Shown one piece after another: positions 20,224 through 30,592 of a DNA stretch of 64,000 nt. The DNA lies in assembly GCA_965226495.1 (NCBI GenBank), contig OZ245365.1, positions 5,184,001-5,248,000 of the forward strand, read 5' to 3'. The notes below the pieces were generated by a model that had not been told where the DNA came from, searched no databases, and saw nothing but the letters and a program-made list of their open reading frames with translations. This DNA comes from Candidatus Marinacidobacterales bacterium (GTDB lineage: Bacteria > Acidobacteriota > Vicinamibacteria > Marinacidobacterales > DATDRI01). The stretch's first letter is position 1. Each line of letters starts with the position of its first letter. Both the position numbers and the translations under genes were made by a program.

Positions 20224-20546
20224 GGTGACTCCGGCAGAAGCGGCTGCGAACGAGCAACTTTCTCAACGATGTTGAGATATTCCTCATCGATAGGAGGTAG
20301 GGACCTCAACAGCGTGATCAGGTCGGCGCCCGTGAACACTCTTGGGGCCGCGGGCCTAAGCTCACAGACAGGCTCACCGCCGCGCTCAATAATGAAGGTT
20401 TCACCGCGATACCGCACGCGATTGAGCAGCTCGGAGAAACTTCGAGAAGCCTCGGTCGCCGTCAGTCTTCGCGAAACCCGGTATTCGGCAGGGCTTTCGC
20501 GGACCAACCCGGAACCCGTCTTTTTGGCCTTCTTGCCCTTCTTCAC
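20211..20546 (-). CDS. Phd/YefM-family antitoxin
   Basis: TATEASRSFSELLNRV...IIERGGEPV; overlaps the toxin start. Confidence 0.88.
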   Translation of the reverse strand: MKKGKKAKKTGSGLVRESPAEYRVSRRLTATEASRSFSELLNRVRYRGETFIIERGGEPVCELRPAAPRVFTGADLITLLRSLPPIDEEYLNIVEKVARSQPLLPESPWER

Positions 20547-20565
20547 GAGGATCTCCTAAAATATG

Positions 20566-20602
20566 ATAATCTGATTATATGATTTTTTCAATTTATTGTC
20601 AA
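20566..20602 (-). promoter_or_regulatory. Consensus sigma70 promoter with overlapping operator for the Phd-VapC module
   Basis: TTGACA(20602-20597)-N17-TATAAT(20579-20574); inverted repeat ataatc-t-gattat at 20566..20578. Confidence 0.85.
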
Positions 20603-20765
20603 ATGCAGGAGCTGAAACAACAGATAGAAAAGCTTTCCAATGTCGACTTGCGGCGGTCGTATTCACACGGTAAGTTAGCATCCAAGTTGGGCGCGGTCCG
20701 TGGGAGCGAGGCCGTCGTCCGGTCCCTAAACACCATACAAAGTGTACTGTTCCAAGGAGGTCCTG

Positions 20766-21923
20766 ATGACCAAGCTCAAGGTCTTGAGCGGCGTGTTTCT
20801 AGGCGCTCTCGTCCTCGCCGGTGGATTCGTTGCTGCGAAATCCCCCGCCGATTTCACGCAAGGCACGCCGGAAATTCAGTCGATGAGTGCCCTGACCTTC
20901 GCCTCGGATGGCGTTCTCTTCATCGGTGACGGCAAGGGGGGCGCGGTCTTTGCGGTCGACCTGAAAGAAAAACCTCCCGCCACAGCGGTGGAGGAGGCCC
21001 CGGCCATTCAGAATATCGAGGAGAAGATCGCTAGTCTCCTTGGTACAACTGCCGATGAGATCATGATCCATGACCTGGCGGTGAGCCCCGTCTCTCAGAA
21101 CATCTATTTGTCGGTGTCTCGCGGGCGGAGCAAGTGGGACACCCGTTGGCTGCTCCCTAACGACATCGCCGACGCCAGCATCCTCTTGAAGGTTGGCCCC
21201 GAAGGTGAGATCGGCGAGGTGACGCTAAAGGATGTCGCCTACGCGAAGGCAGCTCTCCCCAACCCCGTCGATGCGCGCAAAACACACCAGTGGAAAAAAG
21301 GCATCACCCTGCGTGCTGACACCATCACCGATATGTCCTTTTCCGAAGGTACGCTCTACGTGGCGGGTCTCTCGAACGAAGAGTTCTCATCCACGATGTG
21401 GCGAATCCCTTTTCCTTTCAGTGAGAAGACGACTGCGACAACCCTCGAGATCTTCCATGGTGCTCACGGCGAGTATGAAACACACGCACCCATTCGCGCC
21501 TTCGTACCCTACGCACTGAGTGGCAAGGAGCATCTGTTAGCGGCCTATCTCTGCACACCGCTCGTGACGTTCCCAGTGGCCAACCTGAAGGACGGACAGC
21601 ACGTCAAGGGCCGGACGGTTGCCGAGTTCGGCTCCGGCAACTACCCCATCGACATGGTCCTTTACAAGAAAGACGGGGAAGACCGGCTGTTGATCGCCAA
21701 CAGCAATCTCCCCTTCATGATCGTGAAGACGAAGGATGTCGAGAGCTACAAGGGCGAGATCACGACAGAACCCGAGGAGTACCTCGCGGGTGTTCCTTAC
21801 GAGCCCCGCTCCGGCACGGGCGTGCAGCAACTCGACACCTTCAATGCCGGCTACGTAGTAGCGTTGCAGCGGTTGCCGGGCGGGACCATGGATCTGGTCG
21901 CCCTGTCGCTAAAACGCTTCTAA
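20766..21923 (+). CDS. Hypothetical exported protein, beta-propeller-like
   Basis: AAGGAGG RBS, signal peptide, motifs VAGLSNEEFSS, EIFHGAHGEYETHAPI, YLCTPLV. Confidence 0.8.
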   Translation: MTKLKVLSGVFLGALVLAGGFVAAKSPADFTQGTPEIQSMSALTFASDGVLFIGDGKGGAVFAVDLKEKPPATAVEEAPAIQNIEEKIASLLGTTADEIMIHDLAVSPVSQNIYLSVSRGRSKWDTRWLLPNDIADASILLKVGPEGEIGEVTLKDVAYAKAALPNPVDARKTHQWKKGITLRADTITDMSFSEGTLYVAGLSNEEFSSTMWRIPFPFSEKTTATTLEIFHGAHGEYETHAPIRAFVPYALSGKEHLLAAYLCTPLVTFPVANLKDGQHVKGRTVAEFGSGNYPIDMVLYKKDGEDRLLIANSNLPFMIVKTKDVESYKGEITTEPEEYLAGVPYEPRSGTGVQQLDTFNAGYVVALQRLPGGTMDLVALSLKRF

Positions 21924-21933
21924 TGGCACTCGA

Positions 21934-23127
21934 GTGACCGGACTGCGAATTACCGCTTTCGCTTCCGCGATCATTGCTCTCGGCCTCTCCTCGCCGCGTT
22001 TTCAGGAGGGGCCGAGGGCGACCGTCGCCATCGTTTTCCACGACGCACCCGGGGACGCCTCGTTCGGGACGGTTGCGGTCACCGGACTTTCTGAAAAGGA
22101 ACTATCGAAGCTTGGGACGATGCAACTCGAGCGATCGAGCTGGGTAGAGCTTTTCGCGGTCCACACCAGCAACTCGAAACTTGAGCGGCTCGATCAACCG
22201 TCCGTCCTCGGAAGCTACGTCATCGAGGGCGGTGGCATTCGCTTTCGCCCGCGGTTCCCCTTTGTGGCGGGAATGACCTACCACGGCCAGTTCGATGGCG
22301 ACGCCTTCGACCGGCTCGCCGGTGTCGGAACGACAAAGACCCCGAGCGTCCTCCTCGACTTCACGATGCCAGAACCCGCGGGAAGTGCCTCGACGACGGT
22401 CGAGGCCGTCTACCCGACGGCGACCGAGCTTCCCGAAAACCTCCTCCGGCTCTACGTCTATTTCTCGGCACCCATGCGCGCCAACAGCGTCGAGAAATAC
22501 GTTCATCTCTACGACGGTTCGGGCAATGAGGTCGCACTGCCTTTCGTCGAAATCCGAAATGGTCTTTGGGATCCGAGGCAAACGCGGTTGACGCTCTTCT
22601 TTCATCCGGGTCGCATCAAGCGCGGCGTGGCGCCAAACCTAGAGATGGGGCCAGCACTTCGCCGAGGCGAGTCGTTTCGGCTCGTGATCGAACCGGAGCT
22701 CAAGGATGCCATGGGCTATCCGCTCGCGGAGGGATTCGAAAAGGAGATCACGGTGGGCCCCGCGGATCGCGAGTCACCGAACCAAGCCAACTGGCAGGTC
22801 TCGACTCCCCCTTCGGCGCACACCCCGCTGATACTCCGATTCCCGGAGCCTCTGGATTACGCGTTACTGCAGCGAATGATTACCGTCGAGCGAGTTGGAG
22901 GGGGTCGCGTCGCGGGTAACGTCGAGGTTTCGAAGCACGAGACTCACTGGCAGTTCCGGCCTGATACCCCCTGGGCTCCGGGCGAGTACGTCATCCACGT
23001 CGACCCGGCAGTGGAAGACGTCGCCGGCAATACGTTCTCCTATTTGTTCGACGAGGAAATGTCGGGCCCGAAAGCTGAATCCCCGGACGACCCAGAAAAC
23101 ATCGAGATCAAATTCAGAATTCCCTAG
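21934..23127 (+). CDS. Hypothetical exported protein with Ig-like domains
   Basis: FRPRFPF, LPENLLRLYVYFSAPM, PGRIKRG, FPEPLDYALL, EDVAGN; 10 nt after the previous gene. Confidence 0.78.
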   Translation: MTGLRITAFASAIIALGLSSPRFQEGPRATVAIVFHDAPGDASFGTVAVTGLSEKELSKLGTMQLERSSWVELFAVHTSNSKLERLDQPSVLGSYVIEGGGIRFRPRFPFVAGMTYHGQFDGDAFDRLAGVGTTKTPSVLLDFTMPEPAGSASTTVEAVYPTATELPENLLRLYVYFSAPMRANSVEKYVHLYDGSGNEVALPFVEIRNGLWDPRQTRLTLFFHPGRIKRGVAPNLEMGPALRRGESFRLVIEPELKDAMGYPLAEGFEKEITVGPADRESPNQANWQVSTPPSAHTPLILRFPEPLDYALLQRMITVERVGGGRVAGNVEVSKHETHWQFRPDTPWAPGEYVIHVDPAVEDVAGNTFSYLFDEEMSGPKAESPDDPENIEIKFRIP

Positions 23128-24164
23128 GCCCCCGCTAGTTGCCCGCACGCGGCGAGGATGTCGTCCCCTCGGCTCCGCCGAAGGTTTACGGTATATCCGG
23201 CGCCTGCCAAGATCTCCATGAAACGCTCGGTAGCCTGGGGGTTCGACGCCTGGTGCGGCGACCCCGGCCACGGATTGTAGGAGATCAAATTCACCTTGGC
23301 CTTGATGCCTCGTAAAAGACGAACCAGTCTCCCGGCGTCTTCCACCGTATCGTTCTCGCCTCCCAGAAGGACGTACTCGAACGTTATCTTTCGTCGCCGC
23401 GGAAGGGGCAAGCGTCGTGCGCTGTCGAGGAGCTTCTCCAACGGATGTTTGCGATTGATGGGCATCATGCGGTCGCGGCTCTCGTTCGTCGTTGCGTGGA
23501 GACTGATCGCCAAACCCACCGGAGGACTCGTTGCGACGAATCGTTCGAGCTCTTCGGCCAGTCCCGCAGTCGAAACCGTGATCCGACGAGGAGAGACCGC
23601 GAAGCCATCGGGATCGGTCAGTACATCGAGGGAACCCAGGACCGCGTCGGCATTCAGAAGCGGTTCGCCCATTCCCATGAACACGACGTTCACCCGGGAC
23701 GTGACCGAGAGAAAAGCGTTTCGCACCGCGTTGAACTGGCCGAGAATTTCCCCCACCGTTAGATTTCGTGCAAAGGGCACGGTGCCCGAATAGCAGAAAG
23801 TACATTTCAATGGGCAACCGACCTGCGTGGATAAGCAGATGGTATGCCGGACGCTTTCTTCATGATGATCGGGAATGTAGACCGCCTCGACGTTCTTGCT
23901 TCCCTCGAGGGAGAAAAGGAACTTGACGGTACCGTCCTCGGAACGATGCTGGCTGAGCGTTACGGGAGGACGAACGATGAAGCTCTCGGCGAGTCGGTCG
24001 CGAAGGATGCGCGGCAGATCGGTCATCGCGTCGAGGCCGGTCGCCGACTTCGAGTAGATCCAGCGATAAAGTTGACGCCCCCGAAATGGCGGAAGCCCTA
24101 GCTCAACGGCGCAGGACTCTAACTCCTTCCGGGAAAGCCCAAACAAGTTTCGCTTTTCGTCCAC
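23124..24164 (-). CDS. rlmN: Dual-specificity RNA methyltransferase RlmN
   Basis: CLSTQVGCPLKCTFC, NVVFMGMGEP, ISLHA, RGDDILAACGQL; GTG start inferred. Confidence 0.95.
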   Translation of the reverse strand: MDEKRNLFGLSRKELESCAVELGLPPFRGRQLYRWIYSKSATGLDAMTDLPRILRDRLAESFIVRPPVTLSQHRSEDGTVKFLFSLEGSKNVEAVYIPDHHEESVRHTICLSTQVGCPLKCTFCYSGTVPFARNLTVGEILGQFNAVRNAFLSVTSRVNVVFMGMGEPLLNADAVLGSLDVLTDPDGFAVSPRRITVSTAGLAEELERFVATSPPVGLAISLHATTNESRDRMMPINRKHPLEKLLDSARRLPLPRRRKITFEYVLLGGENDTVEDAGRLVRLLRGIKAKVNLISYNPWPGSPHQASNPQATERFMEILAGAGYTVNLRRSRGDDILAACGQLAGA

Positions 24165-24210
24165 CGCCCTGATGGTAGCACGGCCCAGGTTCAGGAGAAG
24201 GGAGGTAACG

Positions 24211-24599
24211 TTACTCGGAGCGTAGGACGACCGCCGGGTCGACGTTCGCGGCGCGGCGGGCGGGCAGGTAGCTGGCAAGACCGGCGATCAAAACCAGCAT
24301 CATCGTCACACCGATGAAGACCGTCGGATCGCTGGGGCTCACTTCGTACAGCATGCTGCTCAGCAACTGGGTGAGAGGAATGGCACCGGCGAGCCCCGCG
24401 GCCACTCCGACGACACCTAACACCTGACTTCGCCGGCCGAGCTCGCGGTAGGACTCCCCCGTCAAAGACATCCGCAACGTGATAACCCTCTCGGTTTCAT
24501 ACCCGACGTCCACTTTCTGTATGCGAACGATGCTCTTGACCATCAGCAGCGAGCCGACCAAGAGAACGAGTGACATCGCGAACTGGGAGACGACGAGGT
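24211..24599 (-). pseudogene. Remnant of an ADOP/MacB-type ABC transporter permease with a large internal deletion
   Basis: LVVSQFAMSLVLLVGSLLMVKS...DVGY (mid-protein motif) joined to the terminal ASYLPARRAANVDPAVVLRSE. Confidence 0.85.
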
Positions 24600-24716
24600 C
24601 TATCGCGGTGTCCGATTTCGGGAAAGAACCCGTCCGCTATCGATTTGTCTGGGCCATCTATAAGTGGGAAGATAGGTCTAACGAACCCGTTCCCCCCGTG
24701 CGGGTGATGAGAAGAA

Positions 24717-25469
24717 ATGCAAAAAATCCTCGTCGCCCTTGTACTTGTTGGCGTGTCCCTGGTTGGGGTTGAAGTCCGTGCCAATCCACCTGCCACCCAG
24801 GAACCCGATTTTCTCTTTGGCGCACCCCGGTTTACGGCGGGTTTCCGCGCAGGTTGGAGCCTGGCTAGAGCCGAGAGCGAGCTCTTCGACTTTACTCGCG
24901 AGCTGCTGACGGTGGGAGATGGCGATTTCGATGCCCCGACGTTCGGCGCCGATTTCGCACTAGTACTGAACCAACGCCTCGATGCGGTCTTCGGATTCGA
25001 GTACAGCCGCTCTTCGACGACGTCCGAGTTCCGTGATTTTGTGGGAACCGACGATCTTCCCATCGTCCAGGAGACCAACCTCACCCAATTCCCCTTGACT
25101 GCCAGTGCCAAGTTCTATCTGATGCCGCGTGGGCAAGAGGTGAGCCGATACGCGTGGGTGACGAGCAGCGCCGCCCCCTACGTGGGCGCCGGGGTGGGGC
25201 TCCAATGGTACAAGTTCGAACAGTTTGGTGAGTTCGTCGACTTCACGGACCTCTCGATTTTCGAGGCGGAGCTCGTGTCGAGTGGTTGGGCCCCGACCGT
25301 TCACGTTTTTGGTGGGGTCGACGTGAAGGTCGGTCGCAAGATGTTCCTGATGGTCGAAGGCCGCTACACCTGGGCCGACGCGAAGCTGAAGGACGACTTC
25401 ATAGGCTTCGATTCCATCGATCTAACCGGGCTGGGGATCACGGCCGGAATATACTGGATATTCAATTAA
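24717..25469 (+). CDS. Outer-membrane beta-barrel protein
   Basis: Signal peptide, PYVGAGVG, EGRYTWA, amphipathic C-terminal strand. Confidence 0.85.
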   Translation: MQKILVALVLVGVSLVGVEVRANPPATQEPDFLFGAPRFTAGFRAGWSLARAESELFDFTRELLTVGDGDFDAPTFGADFALVLNQRLDAVFGFEYSRSSTTSEFRDFVGTDDLPIVQETNLTQFPLTASAKFYLMPRGQEVSRYAWVTSSAAPYVGAGVGLQWYKFEQFGEFVDFTDLSIFEAELVSSGWAPTVHVFGGVDVKVGRKMFLMVEGRYTWADAKLKDDFIGFDSIDLTGLGITAGIYWIFN

Positions 25470-25485
25470 GCGAGGGAGACGAACC

Positions 25486-26670
25486 ATGCGCTATCGAACG
25501 CTTCTACTGATTACGGCCCTGCTCGTCGGAACGCAATCAACGGCGTTCGCACGACAGGCGAAAGACGCCGCCGATTCTCCATGGTTGCCATGGCTCGGCT
25601 GTTGGCAGTTGGTCGCGGACGTCGTGAAGCTTCCGGCGGTTCTCGAGGGCTCCGGCGAAAAGGAATATCGTATTCCGGATGAGCAGCTCGTCTGCGTCAC
25701 CCCCGGCGCGGAGGGAGAAGCGAAGCTAAGCACGTACGCCGACGGCGAACTCCTTCTCGAAGAGACGCTGTACCCCGATGGGCTTCGGCGCCCTTTCTCG
25801 GTCTCCGACTGCCGAGGTCATCAAGTTACTGAGTGGTCCACGAACCAGGTGCTCTTGTTCCTCCGTTCCGAAATGAGCTGCGAGAATGGGAGACAGCAGA
25901 GTTTCACCGGGGTGAGTTTTTTCAGGCGCTGGAATACGTGGGTCGACATACAGGCGCTTGAAGGTGGAACCGAGCGCGAGGTGGTCATACGCCGCTACCG
26001 ACCCGCTCCATCCGAAGCGATGGGCAAGCTGGGACTCGAGGAACTGCCACCAGAGACGGCGACCGCTGTTACCGCGGCGCGAGCGGCGATATCGAGACCT
26101 CTCACCATCGATGATCTCGCCGAAGCGAGCAACAAGATCGACACCGCGGCGGTCGAAGCGGCATTGATAGAGAGTGGCTCCACCTTCGACTTGAACGGCA
26201 CGACGCTCGTCCAGCTCGCCGATTCCGGCATCTCGCCCGAGACGATCGACTTAATGGTTGCCCTCGCCTATCCCGAACGCTTCGAGGTCTCCCGAGAGAC
26301 CCAAGACCGGAGCTATGGCGGCGGAAACGCTGGTCTCGGTCGTAGCTACAGCTACTGGAGCAGTTTCTTCTTCGCCCCCTTCGGTTACTACTATTGGTAT
26401 ACGCCCTATGACAGCTTCTACGTGCAGAGACCGATCGGGATCTCCGACCAAGGAATCGCCGGCGGGCGACTCGTCAAGGGTCGCGGTTACACACGGGTCG
26501 GTCGAACCGGTGGGGGTGGAGTGTTTGGGAGCTCGGGGTCCCGAGAGGGCTCTTCTTCAGCAAGCTCGAGCAGCTCTAAAGGCTCGTCAGGAGGTAGCGC
26601 GACCTCCAAGGGATACTCTTCTGGGGGTGGGTCTTCCTCCAGAACCGCCAAGCCTCGCGACCCTAATTGA
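25486..26670 (+). CDS. Hypothetical exported protein with Tyr-rich segment and Gly/Ser tail
   Basis: GGGAG RBS, signal peptide, WLPWLGCWQL, C-terminal SSRTAKPR. Confidence 0.8.
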   Translation: MRYRTLLLITALLVGTQSTAFARQAKDAADSPWLPWLGCWQLVADVVKLPAVLEGSGEKEYRIPDEQLVCVTPGAEGEAKLSTYADGELLLEETLYPDGLRRPFSVSDCRGHQVTEWSTNQVLLFLRSEMSCENGRQQSFTGVSFFRRWNTWVDIQALEGGTEREVVIRRYRPAPSEAMGKLGLEELPPETATAVTAARAAISRPLTIDDLAEASNKIDTAAVEAALIESGSTFDLNGTTLVQLADSGISPETIDLMVALAYPERFEVSRETQDRSYGGGNAGLGRSYSYWSSFFFAPFGYYYWYTPYDSFYVQRPIGISDQGIAGGRLVKGRGYTRVGRTGGGGVFGSSGSREGSSSASSSSSKGSSGGSATSKGYSSGGGSSSRTAKPRDPN

Positions 26671-27943
26671 TATCGTCGCGGTAGACCGTGCCGCCCTTCA
26701 TGACGAGTTGAATCTCGCGAAGGGTCGAGATGTCTTTCGTGGGATCGCTCGGTACGGCAAGAATATCCGCGTACTTGCCGACTTCGAGTGACCCGATATC
26801 CTTTTCGGCTCCGAGAAGCTTCGCTGGCTCGATGGTTGCGGCTCGCAACGCCTGAGTCGGTGTCATCCCCGCCGCCACGTAGTATTCCGCTTCCCGCACG
26901 GTGGCAGTCGTTCCGTCGTTGGGCTCATAGGGGAATTGGTCCGTGCCCAACGCGATCTTGACACCCACTTCGATAGCCATTTGAAGCGACTTCCAATGAT
27001 TTTTGCCTACTGAAGCCAAGCGCGCGAGATACCAATCAGGAGAGCCAATCTTCACGTAGAAAGGTGCGGTGGCCGGTTGGCTCACGACGATCGTCGGAAC
27101 GAGCCAGGTTCCGTTCTCTCTCATCTTGACCAAGACTTCACGATCGAGATGGTATCCATGCTCGATGCAATCGACCCCCGCATCGACGGCGGTGCTGGTC
27201 GCTTGAGGTGACCCGGAGTGGGCGGTCACTTTTCGGCCGAAACGATGCGCCGCATCGATCACCGCTTCGATCTCCTGGGGCGTCATGATCGCTTCGGCGA
27301 TGTCTCCGCCTTGGCTCGCGATGCCTCCGGAGATCGCAATCTTGATCCAACTGGCTCCGTCGGTCACCCTTTCTCGAACGGCCTTGGTGAGCTCGTAAGG
27401 CCCATCATAGGTCTCGCTGCGGCCGGAGGCACGGCCGGTGATCACAACGGTGTCGCCGGCACTGAAGATGCGCGGACCTACCGCCTGGCCTTTCTTGACC
27501 GCTTTGTCGAGTGCTATCGCTGCGCCGCGGCGATCCCCGGGCGTACGTATCGTCGTCACCCCGGAAAGGAGTGATTGTCGCGCGTTGTCGGCAACCCGGA
27601 GCGCCAGTTCGGTATCGGTCTCGTTGGCCAGCTCGTTAGCCACCTTGCCAGGCAGTGCCAAACCCAAGTGTACGTGCATATTCGTGAGGCCGGGCATGAG
27701 CCACTTGCCGTCGGCACGGATGACTTCCGCCCCGGTGGGAACTCGCGTGCTCCCGGCGGGTCCAATCGCGGAGATGCGTTCGCCGTCGATCACCACGACG
27801 GCGTCTTGGATGGGGTCTCCACCGTCGAGGGTCACAACGCTCGCCCCCACGATGGCCTTGACTTGAGGATATGCTGTCTGCGGCGCCAAAAAACCGAGCG
27901 CAGCGACCGACCACAAGGTCAGGACATTCTGAAGTTTTCGCAC
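26663..27943 (-). CDS. Secreted amidohydrolase (Xaa-Pro dipeptidase-like), tandem copy 6
   Basis: NMHVH, WIKI, TAHSG, IEHG, GTDQ, GSLEVGKYAD. Confidence 0.92.
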   Translation of the reverse strand: MRKLQNVLTLWSVAALGFLAPQTAYPQVKAIVGASVVTLDGGDPIQDAVVVIDGERISAIGPAGSTRVPTGAEVIRADGKWLMPGLTNMHVHLGLALPGKVANELANETDTELALRVADNARQSLLSGVTTIRTPGDRRGAAIALDKAVKKGQAVGPRIFSAGDTVVITGRASGRSETYDGPYELTKAVRERVTDGASWIKIAISGGIASQGGDIAEAIMTPQEIEAVIDAAHRFGRKVTAHSGSPQATSTAVDAGVDCIEHGYHLDREVLVKMRENGTWLVPTIVVSQPATAPFYVKIGSPDWYLARLASVGKNHWKSLQMAIEVGVKIALGTDQFPYEPNDGTTATVREAEYYVAAGMTPTQALRAATIEPAKLLGAEKDIGSLEVGKYADILAVPSDPTKDISTLREIQLVMKGGTVYRDDIN

Positions 27944-27951
27944 TCCGATGC

Positions 27952-29268
27952 CTACCGTCCGGAAGCCCGGCTGCTACCGGCGATATCGTTTCGGTAGACG
28001 GTTCCCCCCTTCATGACGAGCTGAATCTGTCGAAGGGCAGAGATGTCTTTCGTGGGATCGCTCGGCACCGCCAAGATATCCGCGTACTTGCCGACTTCGA
28101 GAGAGCCGGTGTCCTTGTCGGCATCGAGGAGCTTCGCCGGCGCAATCGTCGCGCTCCGCAAAGCTTGGGTCGGCGTCATCCCCGCCGCCACGTAGTATTC
28201 GATCTCCCGGATCGTGGCCGTTGTGCCGTCAATCGGCTCCGAGGGTAGGAAGTCTGTGCCCAGAGCAATGTCGAGCCCTTCCGCGATCGCCGTCCGGAGA
28301 GACTGCCAATGCGTTTTCCCGACCGTTTCGCGACGAGCCATGTACCAGGGAGGAGACCCTTGTTGTTCGAAGAAGGGTGTGCTCGCAGGCTGAGTCACGG
28401 TGATGGTTGGAACAAGCCAAACTCCGTTCGCCTTCATCTTTAATAGGGTCTCACGATCGACCATATAGGCATGTTCGATGCAGTCGATGCCCGCGTCGAC
28501 CGCCAAGCTCGTCGCGTTCGAAGAGCCCGAATGCGCGGTTACTTTTCGACCGAAGCGATGAGCGGCGTCGATCACCGCTTCGATCTCCTCGGGTGTCATC
28601 AGGGCATCGGCAATGTCACCTCCCGGAGTCGAGATGCCGCCGGACGTGAAGATCTTGATCCAAACCGCCCCATCGGCGACCCGACTGCGGACCGCCTTGA
28701 TGAGCTCATAAGGACCATCATAAGTCTCCGCCCCACTGTCGCTGCCGTGCCCCGCCGTGATCGGCAAGCCCTCGCCCGCGCTGTATATGCGCGGCCCCTC
28801 CGCTTGACCTTTGGCGATCGCCTTCTTGAGGGCCAGAGCCGCCCCTTGCTTGTCACCGGGCGATCGAATCGTCGTCACACCCGACAAGAGAACTGCGCGC
28901 CCATTAGCGGCGACCCGCAATGCCAGCTCCGTCGTCTTTTCATTGGCCAGCTCGGCCCGCTGCGCCGCCATGATGACACCGAGGTGCGTGTGCATATTCA
29001 TGAGGCCAGGAACGAGCCACATGCCGTCGGCGCGAATGACTTCTGCACCCGCCGGAATACGCGTACTGCCTGATGGGCCGATCGCGGAGATTCGCTCTCC
29101 TTCGATCACCACTACGCCATCCCCGACCGCGGAGCCGCCGTCGAGGTCCACGATGCTCGCCCCGACGATCGCCTTCACTTGAGACTGCGCCGTGTGCGGC
29201 GACAAGAAAACAACTGCCGCCACAAATAACCCGATTGAAACGTTCCGAACTCGTCGCATTTCCATCAC
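27952..29268 (-). CDS. Secreted amidohydrolase, tandem copy 5
   Basis: NMHTH, WIKI, TAHSG, IEHA, GTDF. Confidence 0.92.
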   Translation of the reverse strand: MMEMRRVRNVSIGLFVAAVVFLSPHTAQSQVKAIVGASIVDLDGGSAVGDGVVVIEGERISAIGPSGSTRIPAGAEVIRADGMWLVPGLMNMHTHLGVIMAAQRAELANEKTTELALRVAANGRAVLLSGVTTIRSPGDKQGAALALKKAIAKGQAEGPRIYSAGEGLPITAGHGSDSGAETYDGPYELIKAVRSRVADGAVWIKIFTSGGISTPGGDIADALMTPEEIEAVIDAAHRFGRKVTAHSGSSNATSLAVDAGIDCIEHAYMVDRETLLKMKANGVWLVPTITVTQPASTPFFEQQGSPPWYMARRETVGKTHWQSLRTAIAEGLDIALGTDFLPSEPIDGTTATIREIEYYVAAGMTPTQALRSATIAPAKLLDADKDTGSLEVGKYADILAVPSDPTKDISALRQIQLVMKGGTVYRNDIAGSSRASGR

Positions 29269-29283
29269 CCGCCTTGCTTTTCT

Positions 29284-30579
29284 CTATTGGCCGGAAGCTC
29301 GACTTCCGGTAGCCATGTCGTTACGGTAAATCTCGCCGCCCTTCATCACGAACTGAATCTGGCGAAGAGCCCTAATGTCCGCCGTCGGATCACTCGGCAC
29401 CGCCAAGATGTCCGCGTACTTGCCGATTTCGAGTGAGCCGATGTCCTTTTCGGCTTCGAGAAGCCTCGCCGGCTCGATCGTCGCTGCTCGCAACGCCTGA
29501 AGCGGTGTCATCCCCGCCTTCACGTAAAGCTCGGCCTCGACCACGGTGGCGGTCGTCCCGTTAACGGGCTCTGCCGGTAGGAAGTCGGTCCCCAACGCAA
29601 TGTTGACGCCCTCTTCGATGGCCATCTGGATCGCCTTCAAGTGGAGCTTCCCCACCTCTTCCCGGCGAGCCTTGTACCAATTCGGCAAATCGAACGTCTC
29701 GTGGAGCGCGTTCGTCTCTGGCTGCGTCACCACCATCGTCGGCACGAGCCAGACACCGTTCGCCCTCATGTGGACCAGCGTCTCACGATCGAGCATGTAG
29801 CCGTGTTCGATGCAGTCGATACCCAAATCGACCGCCGTCATCGTCGCCTTCGGCGAGCCGGAGTGCGCGGTCACCTTTCGTCCGAATCGATGGGCGGCGT
29901 CGATCACCGCCTCGATCTCATCAGGCGTCATGAGGGCTTCGCCTATCTCGCCGCCGGTAGAATTGATGCCCCCGGAGATCATGATCTTGATCCAGACAGC
30001 GCCAGCGGCAACACGGCTGCGGACCGCCTCGACGAGCTCATCGGGCCCGTCGTAGGTTCTCCTCACGTTTCTGCTGCCGTGGCCAGCCGTGATCGCAATT
30101 CCCTCGCCGGCACTGAAGATGCGCGGACCGATGGCCTCGCCTTTGTCGATGGCTTTCTTGATCGCGATCGCCGCCTCGCGCCGATCTCCCGGAGGCCTTA
30201 CGGTTGTCACTCCCGAGAGGAGCGCTTGGCGCACGTTGTCGGCGGCGCGGAGTGTGAGCTCGGTGTCCTTTTCGTTCCTCAGCTCGGCTTCCATCGGTCC
30301 AGGCATCATGTAACCGAAGTGGTGGTGCATGTTCATCAGACCAGGAATGAGCCACATGCCGTCGGCTCGAATCACTTCCGCACCGGCGGGTACACGCGTA
30401 CCCCCGGACGGACCGATGGCGGAAATCCGTTCGCCCTCGATGACGACCACCGCGTCTCGAACTGGAGCGCCACCGTCGAGACTCACGACGTTCGCGCCGA
30501 CGATCACCTTCACCTGAGATTGTGCCGTCAGCGGGGCCAGCAAGATGAATGTTGCAGCAGACAGAAGAATTTTTAGCAT
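29284..30579 (-). CDS. Secreted amidohydrolase, tandem copy 4
   Basis: NMHHH, WIKI, TAHSG, IEHG, GTDF. Confidence 0.92.
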   Translation of the reverse strand: MLKILLSAATFILLAPLTAQSQVKVIVGANVVSLDGGAPVRDAVVVIEGERISAIGPSGGTRVPAGAEVIRADGMWLIPGLMNMHHHFGYMMPGPMEAELRNEKDTELTLRAADNVRQALLSGVTTVRPPGDRREAAIAIKKAIDKGEAIGPRIFSAGEGIAITAGHGSRNVRRTYDGPDELVEAVRSRVAAGAVWIKIMISGGINSTGGEIGEALMTPDEIEAVIDAAHRFGRKVTAHSGSPKATMTAVDLGIDCIEHGYMLDRETLVHMRANGVWLVPTMVVTQPETNALHETFDLPNWYKARREEVGKLHLKAIQMAIEEGVNIALGTDFLPAEPVNGTTATVVEAELYVKAGMTPLQALRAATIEPARLLEAEKDIGSLEIGKYADILAVPSDPTADIRALRQIQFVMKGGEIYRNDMATGSRASGQ

Positions 30580-30592
30580 TGCGATACCGCCT

